Assembly (NCBI GenBank): GCA_044370335.1 | Contig: JBILVS010000002.1 | Coordinates: 2,908 to 66,907 of the forward strand | Direction of reading: 5' to 3' | DNA from: Caulobacterales bacterium | GTDB taxonomy: Bacteria; Pseudomonadota; Alphaproteobacteria; Caulobacterales; Aquidulcibacteraceae | Length of the DNA stretch: 64,000 bases | Shown: positions 40,129 to 50,804 of the stretch, in pieces | Layout: every line of letters starts with the position of its first letter | How positions within the stretch are numbered: position 1 is the stretch's first letter | Notes under the pieces: generated by a model | What the model was told of the DNA's origin: nothing | The model's database searches: none | Seen by the model: only the letters and a program-made list of their open reading frames with translations | Program-made: the position numbers and the translations under genes

Positions 40129-41397
40129 ATGTCGGGCCAAGCCGCGCCTTTCGGTCTATTCGAACGCACCCTCGCGGGGCGGTATCTGCGCGCCAAGCGC
40201 AGCCACGGCGGCGTGGCGCTGATCTCGATCATCTCGTTCTTCGGCATCATGGCGTCGGTCATGGTGCTGATCGTCACTATGTCGGTGATGAACGGCTTTC
40301 GAGAGACGCTTCTGTCCCGGATCTTGGGCGTGGACGGGCATATCCTGATCCACACCCGGGATCTCGATCCCATCACACGGGATGAGATCGTGGCGGCGGC
40401 CCTCGCCACCGAGGGGGTGGTCAGCGTAAGCCCAGTCATCGAGGAACAGGCGCTCGCGGTAGTGGATGGTTTCTCCACCGGCATTGTCGTGCGCGGCGTG
40501 CTTCGCGAAGATCTCGAGGCCCTGTCGCTGATCAACGACAACATCTACGGCTCCTTGGATGCCTTCAGCGATGCCGACGCCCCAGGTCTCATCATCGGCT
40601 CCGGCGTCGCCGCACGGCTTGGGTATCTTCAGCCCGGCATGGGGTTTTCGGTGCTTGCCCCACAAGGGTCCGCGACCCCCTTCGGCCTGACGCCGCGGCG
40701 TAAAAGCTATCCCGTCGCCGGCGTCTTCAATTCCGGCACCCAGCGCTATGACGCGATCCAGGTCTATATGCCGATCGAGCAAGCCCAGATCCTGTTCCAG
40801 CGCGGAATTAGCGTCGATCGCCTGGAAGTGCGGGTGCAGAACCCCGACAACACGCTCCCCGTCGTCCGCGCGCTTCAGGCGCGGCTCGATCCTTCGATCC
40901 AGATCACCGACTGGCGCGCCGCCAACAATGAGTTGCAGGGCGCGCTGGAGGTCGAGCGCAACGTCATGCGGCTCATTTTGATGATGATCGTGGCGATTGC
41001 GGCCCTCAACATCATCTCCGGCCTCGTCATGCTGGTGAAAAACAAAGGCCGCGACATCGCGATCCTGCGCACGATGGGCGCAACACGAGGCTCGATCCTG
41101 CGAATATTCTTCATGACCGGGGCCGCGGTCGGCGTGCTCGGCACCGTGGTGGGCGTTGTGCTGGGGGTCGCATTCTGCGTGTTCATCGGACCGATCCAGG
41201 ACTTTTTATCCACTGTCCTCGGCTTTGATGTCTTCCCCGGCGAGGTCTATGCCCTGGACGCCCTGCCGGCCAAGGTCGAATGGGGGGAGGTGGCCCTGGT
41301 GGCGGGCTGGTCGCTCTTCATGTCGTTTGTGGCGACGCTGCCGCCGTCCTTACGAGCGGCGCGCCTCGATCCGGTGGAGGCGCTCCGCTATGAGTAA
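40129..41397 (+). CDS. Lipoprotein-releasing ABC transporter permease (LolC/E family)
   Basis: FERTLAGRYLRAKR N-terminus, MacB-like periplasmic domain, FtsX-type C-terminal TM bundle ending LRAARLDPVEALRYE. Confidence 0.9.
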   Translation: MSGQAAPFGLFERTLAGRYLRAKRSHGGVALISIISFFGIMASVMVLIVTMSVMNGFRETLLSRILGVDGHILIHTRDLDPITRDEIVAAALATEGVVSVSPVIEEQALAVVDGFSTGIVVRGVLREDLEALSLINDNIYGSLDAFSDADAPGLIIGSGVAARLGYLQPGMGFSVLAPQGSATPFGLTPRRKSYPVAGVFNSGTQRYDAIQVYMPIEQAQILFQRGISVDRLEVRVQNPDNTLPVVRALQARLDPSIQITDWRAANNELQGALEVERNVMRLILMMIVAIAALNIISGLVMLVKNKGRDIAILRTMGATRGSILRIFFMTGAAVGVLGTVVGVVLGVAFCVFIGPIQDFLSTVLGFDVFPGEVYALDALPAKVEWGEVALVAGWSLFMSFVATLPPSLRAARLDPVEALRYE

Positions 41398-42076
41398 GCC
41401 TATTTTACGCCTTGCGGGGCTGACCCGCATTTTCAAGACCGGCGAAGAGGAGCTCCGCGTCCTCGATGGGGCCGAGCTGTCCATTTCCGCCGGCGAGATC
41501 GTCGGGCTGGTAGGCCCCTCGGGGTCCGGCAAATCGTCGCTTCTGCACGCCGCGGGTCTCCTCGAACGTCCGACCAGCGGGGAAACTTGGATCGACGGGG
41601 TGGCCGCCTGGGGCCTCGACGACAACGAACGCACGGCCCTCCGGCGATCCCGGATCGGCTTTGTCTATCAGGCGCACCACCTGCTGCCGGAGTTCGACGC
41701 CCTCGACAACGTCGCTCTCCCACAGCTGATTGCCGGCGTGAAGCCTGCCGTCGCCAGGGCTGAGGCCCAGCGCCTCTTGGAGCTGATGGGGCTTGGAAAG
41801 CGTTTGCGGCACCAGCCGCCGCAGCTCTCGGGCGGGGAGCAACAACGGGTCGCCATCGCGCGCTCTTTGGCGAACAAGCCGAAGCTGCTCCTGGCCGACG
41901 AGCCCACGGGCAACCTCGATCCACACACCTCCTCGGTGGTGTTTAAGGCGCTGCATGATCTCGCCCGCCACGAAGGGGTCGCCGCCTTGATCGCTACCCA
42001 CAATATGGAGCTGACCAAGCACATGGACCGAGTGATGGCCCTGCGGGACGGCAAACTCGAACAGCTGAAGCCTTAA
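41390..42076 (+). CDS. lolD: Lipoprotein-releasing ABC transporter ATP-binding protein
   Basis: Walker A GPSGSGKSSLLH, signature LSGGEQQRVAIARSL, Walker B LLLADEPTGNLD. Overlaps the permease gene by 8 nt. Confidence 0.9.
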   Translation: MSKPILRLAGLTRIFKTGEEELRVLDGAELSISAGEIVGLVGPSGSGKSSLLHAAGLLERPTSGETWIDGVAAWGLDDNERTALRRSRIGFVYQAHHLLPEFDALDNVALPQLIAGVKPAVARAEAQRLLELMGLGKRLRHQPPQLSGGEQQRVAIARSLANKPKLLLADEPTGNLDPHTSSVVFKALHDLARHEGVAALIATHNMELTKHMDRVMALRDGKLEQLKP

Positions 42077-42112
42077 GGGGCGGGGGCGTTGATGCCTAGA
42101 CGAAACGATTCG

Positions 42113-42127
42113 GAACAAATATGGAAC
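42113..42127 (+). promoter_or_regulatory. Perfect GAAC-N7-GAAC motif (alphaproteobacterial LexA/SOS-box consensus) upstream of dnaE
   Basis: GAACaaatatgGAAC lies 28 nt upstream of the dnaE ATG, in the loop of a 9-bp inverted repeat (aacgattcg 42104-42112 / cgaatcgtt 42133-42141), within the only AT-rich stretch of the lolD-dnaE spacer. Confidence 0.4.
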
Positions 42128-42155
42128 TTTTGCGAATCGTTGCTACAGTCATGCC

Positions 42156-45100
42156 ATGACCAAGCCCTTCGTGCATCTGCGGGCCCGTTCGGCCTATTCC
42201 CTCCTCGAAAGCACCCTGCAGGTCTATGATTTGGCAAGGCTGGCTCAGCAGCACGGGATGCCGGCGCTGGCCTTGACCGACACGAACAACCTCTTCGGCG
42301 CGCTTGAGTTCTGCGACGTCTTCGGAGGCAAGGGCCTGCAGCCGATCATCGGTTGTGCCCTCAATCTTCAAGTGGGCGCTGAAAATCTCGGACCCCTCGC
42401 GCTTCTGGCCCAGACCGAAGCCGGTTACGCGGCGCTGATGCGGCTGTCCTCGCTCGCCTATCGGCGGGCGGTGGATGTCGGCGCGCCCGGGGTTCCTTTG
42501 GAGGCCCTGACGGCGGATCAGGACGGTCTGATCTGCCTGACGGGCGGCCACGAAGGGCCGCTTAAGCTTCTTTGCGGCCAGAAACGGCACGCAGAGGCCG
42601 AAACCTTGCTCGACGCCTTGGCCAAGGCCTTCGGTGACCGACTTTACGTTGAAATCCAGCGCCACTGCGAGGCCGGCGACGCCGAGCACGAAGAAGAACT
42701 GATCGCCTGGGCCTATGGGCGGGACCTAGCCCTGGTCGCCACCAATGACGTGCGGTTTGAGGCCGAGGCCGATCACCCCGCGCACGACGCGCTGATGTGT
42801 ATCGCCGGGGGCACCTATCTTGGCGCTGCCGACCGACCGCGGGTCGGGCCCTATCGGACGTTTGCGTCTGCAGAAGAGATGGCGGAGCGCTTCGTCGATC
42901 TTCCGGAGGCGCTTGAAAACACGGTGGAGATTGCCCGACGCTGTTCGTTCAAGCTGAAGAAGATCGACCCGATCCTGCCGCGGTTTACCGGCGACGGCGG
43001 CCTGGATGAACCGGCGGAACTCCGCGCCCAGGCGGCGGAAGGCCTGCGCCAACGACTGGCGGCGCTGGGTCCAGAGAATCTTGCCGCCCCGGAGGAAGAG
43101 TATTGGACCCGGCTCGAGTTTGAACTCGGCATCATTATTCAAATGAAGTTCCCGGGCTACTTCCTGATCGTGTCTGACTTCATCAAGTGGGCGAAGGCGC
43201 AGGGAATCCCTGTGGGTCCCGGTCGGGGGTCGGGGGCGGGGTCTCTCGTGGCCTATGCGCTGACCATCACCGACCTTGATCCGTTGCGGTTTGGCCTTCT
43301 GTTTGAGCGATTCTTGAACCCCGAGCGGGTCTCAATGCCCGACTTCGATATCGACTTCTGCCAAGAACGGCGCGGCGAGGTCATCGCCTATGTCCAGGAA
43401 AAGTACGGCCACGAACGGGTGGCGCAGATCATCACCTTCGGCACGCTTCAGGCGCGTGCCGTGCTGCGGGACGTGGGCCGGGTAATGCAATTGCCCTTCG
43501 GCATGGTGGATCGGCTCGCCAAGCTCGTGCCGGCGAACCCCGCGAGCCCCGTGACCCTGGAAAAGGCGCTCATCATTGAGCCGCGGCTTGCAGAGGCGAA
43601 AGCGCAAGAGGCGGATGTGGCGGCGCTTTTGGACACTGCGCTCCAATTGGAAGGCCTCTACCGGAACGCCTCCACCCATGCCGCGGGCATCGTGATCGGC
43701 GACCGTCCCCTCGATCAGATCGTGGCGCTTTATCAGGATCCTCGGTCGGACATCCCCGCTACTCAGTTCAACATGAAGTGGGTCGAAAGCGCCGGGTTGG
43801 TGAAGTTCGACTTCTTGGGCCTGAAAACGCTGACAGTCATTGATCGGGCGCTTGGTTATCTGCGCCTGCAGGGTTTTGAGCTTGATCTCTCCAAGATCGG
43901 GTTCGACGACGAGAAGACCTATGAGCTTTTGGCCTCGGGCGCGACCTTCGGCGTGTTCCAGCTGGAAAGCCAGGGCATGCGCGACACTCTGCGCAAAGTG
44001 AAGCCCAACAAGCTTGAAGACATCATCGCGCTGATTTCGCTTTATCGCCCCGGTCCGATGCAGAACATTGACCACTATGCAGCGGTGAAGTCGGGGGCGG
44101 AGAAACCCGATTACCTGCACCCAAGCCTGCAACCTTATCTGGAGGAGACCTATGGGGTCATCATCTACCAGGAGCAGGTCATGCAGATCGCCCAGGTGCT
44201 TTCAGGCTACAGCCTGGGCGAAGCCGATCTCTTGCGCCGCGCCATGGGTAAGAAGAAGCCCGAGGAGATGGCCAAGCAGAAGACCCGCTTCTTGGAGGGC
44301 GCCTCCGCCCGCGGCGTTGACGAGGCCAAGGCCTCCCACATCTTTGATCTCGTTGCGCAATTTGCCGGATACGGGTTCAACAAGAGCCACGCGGCGGCCT
44401 ATGCGGTCGTCGCCTACCACACGGCCTACCTCAAGGCGCATTACCCTGTTGAGTTCATCGCCGCCTCGATGAGCCTCGATATCGCCAACAGCGAAAAGCT
44501 CGCAAGCTTCAATCAGGACGCCCGCCGGATGGGGGTCGCGGTCTTGCCGCCGGACGTGAACGCCTCGGACGCCGATTTCAGCGTGGAGAACGGCGCCATC
44601 CGCTACGCTTTAGGGGCGGTGCGGAACGTCGGCCTGGCCGCTATGCAGGGGCTTGTGGCAGAACGCCGCCGGGCCGGCCGGTTTACGTCGCTGCACGATT
44701 TCGCGGAGCGCCTGGATACCAGCGTCGTCAACCGCCGGCAGCTGGAAAACCTCGCCAAGGCGGGGGCTTTTGACGGTCTGGACGCCGACCGCGCCCGCGC
44801 CTTTGCCGCGTGTGAAACGCTGGCCGCCTATGCTGCGGCCCGAACCCATGAAAAGGCGAGCCCGCAAGCGAGCCTATTTGGCGTCGCGGAAGAGAAGTCC
44901 CTCCGGCCGCCTCTGCCCAAAAGCCCGGCCTGGTCAGGCCAGCAGCGGCTCGACGCCGAACGCGAGGCCGTCGGATTCTATCTGACCGGCCACCCCCTGT
45001 CTGACTATTTTGCCGAGGCGCGGGAAGGGAGCCTCTATTCCTATCTGGATGTCCTGGAAGAAGGGGAGACCGAACCGCGGACGGTCGCTATGGCCGGGGT

Positions 45101-45569
45101 TGTGCGTCGGGTGATGCCGCGACCCGCCCGAGACGGCTCCGGCGTTTTCGCTTTTGTCGGCCTGTCTGACCCCTCCGGAGACTATGACGTTATCGTCAAT
45201 CCCGAGGCCTTCTCGATCGAGCGCGGGCATCTGGAGTTGGGCAGGGCCATGGTCTTCCGCGCCCGCGTCCGCTGGAAGGACGGCGACCTGAAGCTTTCCG
45301 GCGACAGTTTTGAGGTTCTGGAGGCAGCGGAGGCACGCGCCACCCAGGTCTTGCGGCTGGACATCCGAGAAGGGGCCTCGATGAAGGATATCGCCCAGCT
45401 TATCAAAGGCCTGCCGGAAGGGGCGGCCACCGAGAAACGCCCGCTTCTGTTGGTCCTGCGCCTGGCCGACGGCCGGGAGGTGGAGCTTTCGGTGGGCGGC
45501 GGCTTCCCTGCGGGGGCAGCGGCCCGAGCGGCGCTGAAAGCCGCCCGAGGGGTCGAACGAGTGGCCTAA
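42156..45569 (+). CDS. dnaE: DNA polymerase III alpha subunit (replicative DnaE1 type)
   Basis: 1137 aa. PHP N-terminus FVHLRARSAYSLLES, PDFDIDFCQERR, GLVKFDFLGLKTLT, GYGFNKSHAAAYA. The conserved proS-lol-dnaE context argues for DnaE1 rather than ImuC/DnaE2. Confidence 0.9.
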   Translation: MTKPFVHLRARSAYSLLESTLQVYDLARLAQQHGMPALALTDTNNLFGALEFCDVFGGKGLQPIIGCALNLQVGAENLGPLALLAQTEAGYAALMRLSSLAYRRAVDVGAPGVPLEALTADQDGLICLTGGHEGPLKLLCGQKRHAEAETLLDALAKAFGDRLYVEIQRHCEAGDAEHEEELIAWAYGRDLALVATNDVRFEAEADHPAHDALMCIAGGTYLGAADRPRVGPYRTFASAEEMAERFVDLPEALENTVEIARRCSFKLKKIDPILPRFTGDGGLDEPAELRAQAAEGLRQRLAALGPENLAAPEEEYWTRLEFELGIIIQMKFPGYFLIVSDFIKWAKAQGIPVGPGRGSGAGSLVAYALTITDLDPLRFGLLFERFLNPERVSMPDFDIDFCQERRGEVIAYVQEKYGHERVAQIITFGTLQARAVLRDVGRVMQLPFGMVDRLAKLVPANPASPVTLEKALIIEPRLAEAKAQEADVAALLDTALQLEGLYRNASTHAAGIVIGDRPLDQIVALYQDPRSDIPATQFNMKWVESAGLVKFDFLGLKTLTVIDRALGYLRLQGFELDLSKIGFDDEKTYELLASGATFGVFQLESQGMRDTLRKVKPNKLEDIIALISLYRPGPMQNIDHYAAVKSGAEKPDYLHPSLQPYLEETYGVIIYQEQVMQIAQVLSGYSLGEADLLRRAMGKKKPEEMAKQKTRFLEGASARGVDEAKASHIFDLVAQFAGYGFNKSHAAAYAVVAYHTAYLKAHYPVEFIAASMSLDIANSEKLASFNQDARRMGVAVLPPDVNASDADFSVENGAIRYALGAVRNVGLAAMQGLVAERRRAGRFTSLHDFAERLDTSVVNRRQLENLAKAGAFDGLDADRARAFAACETLAAYAAARTHEKASPQASLFGVAEEKSLRPPLPKSPAWSGQQRLDAEREAVGFYLTGHPLSDYFAEAREGSLYSYLDVLEEGETEPRTVAMAGVVRRVMPRPARDGSGVFAFVGLSDPSGDYDVIVNPEAFSIERGHLELGRAMVFRARVRWKDGDLKLSGDSFEVLEAAEARATQVLRLDIREGASMKDIAQLIKGLPEGAATEKRPLLLVLRLADGREVELSVGGGFPAGAAARAALKAARGVERVA

Positions 45570-45772
45570 GACGGTCCTGAAACGGGCCAGGAAAGTCTCT
45601 TTCGCGCCCGCCCTCTTGCCATTTGGCCGCATCTCCCTTACTTGCGCGCCATCTCTCACGCGGGGTCTGGCGGTCGTTTCGGATTCGAAGCGCCTGCTCC
45701 ACCGGTGGCGGCTGAGCCTTTCGGGCTTTCCGGCTCCTCCCTGCGGCGGCCTAACCGGATTGGAGTAAAGAT

Positions 45773-46573
45773 ATGGCTTTGCCTGAGTATTCGATGCGTC
45801 AACTTTTGGAAGCGGGTGCGCATTTCGGTCACCAGACCCACCGCTGGAACCCGAAGATGGAACGCTACATCTTTGGCGTTCGGTCTGGGATCCACATCAT
45901 CGATCTGTCCCAGACTACTCCGCTTCTGCACCAGGCGCTGTTGAAGGCGCGAGAAGTGGCGGCGAAGGGCGGCCGGATCCTATTCGTGGGCACCAAGCGC
46001 CAGGCGAGCGATCCCATCGCCGCCGCCGCCAAGCGCAGCGCCCAATACTTCGTGAACCAGCGCTGGCTGGGCGGCACGCTCACCAACTGGCAGACGGTTT
46101 CGAAGTCGATCCAGCGTCTGCGTGAGCTCGAAGCCATTGTCAACGGCGACGGCGGCGGCCGCACCAAGAAAGAGCTTCTTACCCTGACCCGTGAACGCGA
46201 CAAGCTCGACCGTTCGCTGGGCGGCATCGCGGCCATGGGCGGCATCCCCGACCTGATGATCGTGATCGACACCAACAAGGAAGCGATCGCCATCCAAGAG
46301 GCCCGCAAGCTGAACATCCCCGTCGTGGCCATCGTCGACAGCAACTGCGATCCGGACGTGGTGGACTTCCCCATCCCGGGCAACGACGACGCCTCTCGCG
46401 CCATTCAGCTTTACTGTGACCTGCTCGCGGATGCTATCCTCGACGGCCTCGCCGAAGGGCAGGGCCGGGCCGGATACGACATCGGTGCTATGGCTGAGCC
46501 GATGCGCGAACCCGCCCTCGCCATCGACGAGGCGGCCTCAGCGCTGGCCGTTGAAGAACAGCCCGCCTCCTAA
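45773..46573 (+). CDS. rpsB: 30S ribosomal protein S2
   Basis: [34 protein letters not shown]. Confidence 0.95.
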   Translation: MALPEYSMRQLLEAGAHFGHQTHRWNPKMERYIFGVRSGIHIIDLSQTTPLLHQALLKAREVAAKGGRILFVGTKRQASDPIAAAAKRSAQYFVNQRWLGGTLTNWQTVSKSIQRLRELEAIVNGDGGGRTKKELLTLTRERDKLDRSLGGIAAMGGIPDLMIVIDTNKEAIAIQEARKLNIPVVAIVDSNCDPDVVDFPIPGNDDASRAIQLYCDLLADAILDGLAEGQGRAGYDIGAMAEPMREPALAIDEAASALAVEEQPAS

Positions 46574-46696
46574 TCGCAGGTTGTCGGCGCGGCCTTTGAT
46601 CGAATCGGCCCACGCGACGCACACACACACGTCAGACGGGGTCCCGAGGGCGGTCATCGCCCCGGGGCTTCCGGGTATTTGTTAAGGAGAAAGATC

Positions 46697-47656
46697 ATGG
46701 CCGAGATTAGCGCCGCGCTCGTGAAGGAACTGCGCGACAAAACGGGCGCGGGTATGATGGATTGCAAAAAGGCCCTCAGCGAGAACAGCGGCGATATCGA
46801 AGCCGCGATCGATTGGCTGCGGGCCAAAGGCCTATCCAAAGCCGCCAAGAAGGCTGACCGCGCGGCGGCTGAAGGCCTCGTGGCGGCGACGAGCGCCCGT
46901 GACGGCGCCGGCGGCAAGGCCGCCATGATCGAGTTCAACGCTGAAACCGACTTCGTCGCTCGCAACGACACGTTCCAAGCCGCCGCCCGCAGCTTCGCCC
47001 AAGCCGCGCTCAAGGTCGACGGCGATCTGGCCAAGCTGCTAGCCCAGCCCAGCCCGAACGGGGACGGCACGGTGCAGGACGCCGTGACCTCGCTGATCGC
47101 CACGATCGGGGAGAACATGATGTTGCGCCGGTCGGCGAGTCTTGCGGTGAACCCGGGCGCTGTAGGCGTTTACATCCACAACGCGGTGTCTGAGGGCTTA
47201 GGCCGGCTCGGCGTGATGGTCGCCCTTGAGTCTGCGGGTTCAGCGCCAGCTCTTGAAGATCTGGCGCGCAAGATCGCCATGCACGTCGCGGCGACCAACC
47301 CTGTTGCGCTTTCGGAAGCCGAGGTGCCGGCGGAACGCCTGGAACGCGAAAAGGCGATCCTGGCCGAGCAGATCGCTCAGGACCCGAAGGCCGCGGGCAA
47401 ACCGCAACAGGTCCTCGACAAGATGATGGAGGGCCGCATCCGCAAGTTCCTTGAGGAAGTGGTGCTCTTGAAGCAGTCCTTTGTCGTCAACCCGGACCTG
47501 ACGGTGGAAGCTGCGGTGAAGGCCGCGGAGAAAGACGTCGGCGCCCCGATCACGGTGAAGGCGTTTGTCCGCTTCGCCCTCGGGGAAGGCGTGGACAAAG
47601 GTCCGGAGAGCGATTTCGCCGCAGAGGTCGCGGCGATGACGGGCGGCAAGGCCTGA
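46697..47656 (+). CDS. tsf: Translation elongation factor Ts
   Basis: [27 protein letters not shown]. aaggaga sits 6 nt upstream of ATG 46697. Confidence 0.95.
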   Translation: MAEISAALVKELRDKTGAGMMDCKKALSENSGDIEAAIDWLRAKGLSKAAKKADRAAAEGLVAATSARDGAGGKAAMIEFNAETDFVARNDTFQAAARSFAQAALKVDGDLAKLLAQPSPNGDGTVQDAVTSLIATIGENMMLRRSASLAVNPGAVGVYIHNAVSEGLGRLGVMVALESAGSAPALEDLARKIAMHVAATNPVALSEAEVPAERLEREKAILAEQIAQDPKAAGKPQQVLDKMMEGRIRKFLEEVVLLKQSFVVNPDLTVEAAVKAAEKDVGAPITVKAFVRFALGEGVDKGPESDFAAEVAAMTGGKA

Positions 47657-47697
47657 GTCCGTTTCTCCGTCGCTCATGACGGTGATAATCGTGCAAA

Positions 47698-47732
47698 GAG
47701 GGCGCGCTTCGGTCTTGCCGGAGCGCGCCCTC
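47698..47732 (+). terminator. Strong GC hairpin between tsf and pyrH (terminator/attenuator-like, no T tract)
   Basis: 11-bp perfect stem gagggcgcgct/agcgcgccctc, extendable by cgg/ccg, 41 nt after the tsf stop. It is followed by cgcgctta rather than a U-run. Confidence 0.3.
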
Positions 47733-47793
47733 CGCGCTTAGAGGTTCGGCGTTCGGAGCGGTGCTCCTCTCCTCAAGTCTCAAGGCCGCCCGC

Positions 47794-48546
47794 ATGTCGT
47801 CTCTGTCCCCGGCTTCCTCCGACGAACCGCAAGGGTCGCGTCCGTTCAGCCGGGTGCTGTTGAAGATCTCCGGCGAGGCGCTGATGGGGGAGGCGGGTTT
47901 CGGGGTGGATGTGGGCCAGTGCGCCCGGATCGCCGCCGAGATCGCCGACGCCACCCGTCAGGGGGTGGAACTCTGCCTCGTTATCGGCGGCGGCAACATT
48001 TTCCGCGGCTTGAGAGGCGCGGCCAGCGGCATGGAGCGCAGCCAGGCCGACTATATCGGCATGCTGGCGACGGTGATGAACGCGCTCGCCATGCAGAACG
48101 CCTTAGAGGCCATCGGGGTCGAAACGCGGGTGCTGTCCGCGATCCCCATGGTCACGGTCTGTGAGCCGTACATCCGCCGCCGCGCCATGCGCCACATGGA
48201 GAAGGGCCGCATCGTGATCTTCGCCGCCGGCACCGGCAATCCGTATTTCACGACCGACACCGCCGCGGCCCTGCGGGCGGCGGAAATGGGCTGCGACGCC
48301 TTAATGAAGGGCACCCAGGTGGAAGGCGTCTATACCGCCGACCCCAAGCTCGACCCCGCCGCGACTCGCTTTGACACGCTCCCCTACAGCGAAGTTCTGG
48401 CGCGAGACCTTAAAGTGATGGACGCCGCCGCCATCAGCTTGATGCGCGACAACGCGATCCCCATCGTTGTGTTCAACATCCACAAGCGCGGCGGCCTCGG
48501 CGAGGTCTTGTCCGGTCGGGGTGTGTGCACGATCATTCGTGACTAG
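47794..48546 (+). CDS. pyrH: UMP kinase
   Basis: [43 protein letters not shown]. Start at ATG 47794. Confidence 0.95.
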   Translation: MSSLSPASSDEPQGSRPFSRVLLKISGEALMGEAGFGVDVGQCARIAAEIADATRQGVELCLVIGGGNIFRGLRGAASGMERSQADYIGMLATVMNALAMQNALEAIGVETRVLSAIPMVTVCEPYIRRRAMRHMEKGRIVIFAAGTGNPYFTTDTAAALRAAEMGCDALMKGTQVEGVYTADPKLDPAATRFDTLPYSEVLARDLKVMDAAAISLMRDNAIPIVVFNIHKRGGLGEVLSGRGVCTIIRD

Positions 48547-48592
48547 ATATCCGCGAACAGGTTTTCCTCTCACCGATTGAACGGGTTGTGTC

Positions 48593-49159
48593 ATGGCCGC
48601 AGGCGGCAAGTTCGAACTGAAAGACTTTGAAAAGCGCATGGATGGCGCTTTGGCCTCATTGAAGCAGGAGTTTTCGGGCCTTCGCACCGGCCGGGCGTCC
48701 GCGTCGCTGCTCGACAACATCATGGTCGAAGCCTACGGCGCGATGACCCCGCTCAACCAGGTCGCAGGCGTCAGCGCGCCGGAGCCGCGGCTTTTGAGCG
48801 TGCAGATTTGGGACCGCGGCGTTGTCGTGGCGGTCGAAAAGGCGATCCGGAACTCGGATCTTGGCCTTAACCCCGTGATGGACGGCCAGACCCTGCGGGT
48901 GCCGATCCCGCCGCTCAATGAAGAGCGCCGCAAAGAGCTCGCCAAGATCGCCGGCAAACATGCGGAAGCCGCCCGGGTGGCCGTTCGCAATGTTCGCCGG
49001 GACGCGATGGACCTTCTGAAAAAACTCGAGAAAGACGGCCACGCCAGCCAAGACGAGCACAAAAAACTCGCCGATCAAGTGCAACAGGCCACCGACCTAT
49101 TCGTGAAACGGGTGGACGAGGCGCTTAAACAGAAAGAAGAAGAGATCATGCAGGTCTGA
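48593..49159 (+). CDS. frr: Ribosome recycling factor
   Basis: [15 protein letters not shown]...[24 protein letters not shown]. Confidence 0.95.
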   Translation: MAAGGKFELKDFEKRMDGALASLKQEFSGLRTGRASASLLDNIMVEAYGAMTPLNQVAGVSAPEPRLLSVQIWDRGVVVAVEKAIRNSDLGLNPVMDGQTLRVPIPPLNEERRKELAKIAGKHAEAARVAVRNVRRDAMDLLKKLEKDGHASQDEHKKLADQVQQATDLFVKRVDEALKQKEEEIMQV

Positions 49160-49192
49160 TCCTGCGCAGTCCCAGCTTCGGAAAGGCCTGCA

Positions 49193-49936
49193 TTGAACGG
49201 CGCCACGCCCCTCGCACCCGATGACCAGCCGCAGCATGTGGCCATCATCATGGACGGCAATGGGCGCTGGGCGCGGTCGCGAGGGCGACCGCGGACCTTC
49301 GGCCACCGTGAGGGGGTGGAGGCGCTGCGCCGCACGGTCGAAGCCGCCGGCGATCTCAAGCTCCCGTATCTGACGGTGTTCGGGTTCTCCACGGAGAATT
49401 GGAACCGGCCGACCGAGGAGGTCCACACCCTGATGGACCTTCTGCGCCTGTATGTGCAGCGGGACCTCGACCGGTTGGTGCGGGAGGGCGTGCGGATCCG
49501 TGTGATCGGGCACCGGACTGGGCTTTCCGCCGACATCCTTCGGATCATCGACAACGCTGAGAGCAAAACGGCGCACAACAGCGATCTTAACCTGACCATC
49601 GCCTTCAACTACGGCGCTCAAAATGAGATCGCCCGGGCCGCCCAACGCCTCGCCCAAGACGTGGCGAGCGGAATCCTGAAGCCGGAGCAGGTCAACGAAG
49701 CGGCGTTAGCGGCGCGCCTCGATACCGCAGGCTTGCCCGAGCCCGATCTGATCGTGCGCACCAGCGGCGAGCTCCGCCTCTCCAATTTCATGCTGTGGCA
49801 GGCGGCCTACGCCGAACTCGTGTTTCTCGATATCCTGTGGCCCGATTTTGACCGCGCGGCGTTGGAGGCCGCGATCAATGAGTTCAAACGCCGCGAACGA
49901 CGCTATGGCGGCGCCAGCCGCCACACCGCGAGCTGA
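49193..49936 (+). CDS. uppS: Isoprenyl transferase (undecaprenyl-diphosphate synthase)
   Basis: HVAIIMDGNGRWA, FGFSTENWNRP, IVRTSGELRLSNFMLWQAAYAE. TTG start is inferred. Confidence 0.9.
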   Translation: MNGATPLAPDDQPQHVAIIMDGNGRWARSRGRPRTFGHREGVEALRRTVEAAGDLKLPYLTVFGFSTENWNRPTEEVHTLMDLLRLYVQRDLDRLVREGVRIRVIGHRTGLSADILRIIDNAESKTAHNSDLNLTIAFNYGAQNEIARAAQRLAQDVASGILKPEQVNEAALAARLDTAGLPEPDLIVRTSGELRLSNFMLWQAAYAELVFLDILWPDFDRAALEAAINEFKRRERRYGGASRHTAS

Positions 49937-49949
49937 ACGGAGCGTGACC

Positions 49950-50804
49950 ATGCCCGTCCAGGGCGACAGGGGCGGGGTCGGCGCCCCTTGGGCCGATCTC
50001 GGACCCCGGGTCGCTTCAGCCTTGGTTCTGATTCCTCTTGCGCTGGCCGCCGCTCTTGCGGGGGGGCCGTGGCTGGCCGGGGCCGCCGGGGCTGCTGTCG
50101 TCGTCATGAGCTACGAGTGGGCGCGGATGAGCGCGCCTCAGTCTGTGCCGCGGCTGGGCGTGCCGATCTTCGTCGGCGCCTTCGGGGCGGTGATTGCGGC
50201 GAGCTGGAATCAGCCGGCCTGGGCCGAAGCGTGGCTTTTGGGCTGGGCGGCGCTGGCCGCGGCTTTTGCGCCGGGGGGGTCGGCCCGTCTCGATGCGTTC
50301 TTCGGCGCCTATTATATCGGAGCGCCGCCGGCGGCCTTTGTCTGGCTCAGGGGGCACGAAGCGACAGGCCTGATGATCGTAATGACGCTGTTCATCGTGA
50401 TCTGGTGTGTCGACATGGCGGCCTATTTTGCCGGCCGACTGGTCGGCGGGCCGAAATTCGCCCCTTCGATTTCGCCGAACAAAACCTGGGCGGGGGTGAT
50501 CGGCGGCCTTCTTGCGGGGATTGTGGCCGGCCTCGGCTGCGGGTTGGCCTGGGGCGGCCCCTTGGTTGCCTGGGCGTTTGTGGGCCTTGGGCTGGCGATT
50601 CTGGGCCTGGTTGGGGACTTGATCGAATCGGCTCTGAAGCGCCGCTTCGGCGTGAAGGACGCTAGCCGGATTATTCCCGGCCACGGCGGTATGCTGGACC
50701 GGCTCGATGGTCTGATCATGGCGACGCTCGGGGCAGGCGTGCTGGCCGCGGTGGCGCCCCAGGTGTTGACACTGTTGAGCGGGCAGGGTCCGCTGGGGGG
50801 ATGA
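49950..50804 (+). CDS. cdsA: Phosphatidate cytidylyltransferase
   Basis: Multi-TM protein with the C-terminal signature SALKRRFGVKDASRIIPGHGGMLDRLDG. Start at ATG 49950 is inferred. Confidence 0.85.
   Translation: MPVQGDRGGVGAPWADLGPRVASALVLIPLALAAALAGGPWLAGAAGAAVVVMSYEWARMSAPQSVPRLGVPIFVGAFGAVIAASWNQPAWAEAWLLGWAALAAAFAPGGSARLDAFFGAYYIGAPPAAFVWLRGHEATGLMIVMTLFIVIWCVDMAAYFAGRLVGGPKFAPSISPNKTWAGVIGGLLAGIVAGLGCGLAWGGPLVAWAFVGLGLAILGLVGDLIESALKRRFGVKDASRIIPGHGGMLDRLDGLIMATLGAGVLAAVAPQVLTLLSGQGPLGG

Noticed and set aside
46619-46629. (CA)5.5 dinucleotide repeat in the rpsB-tsf spacer
   Set aside because: Too short to be a meaningful microsatellite or phase-variation tract, and it is intergenic, with no obvious frame or promoter-spacing consequence.
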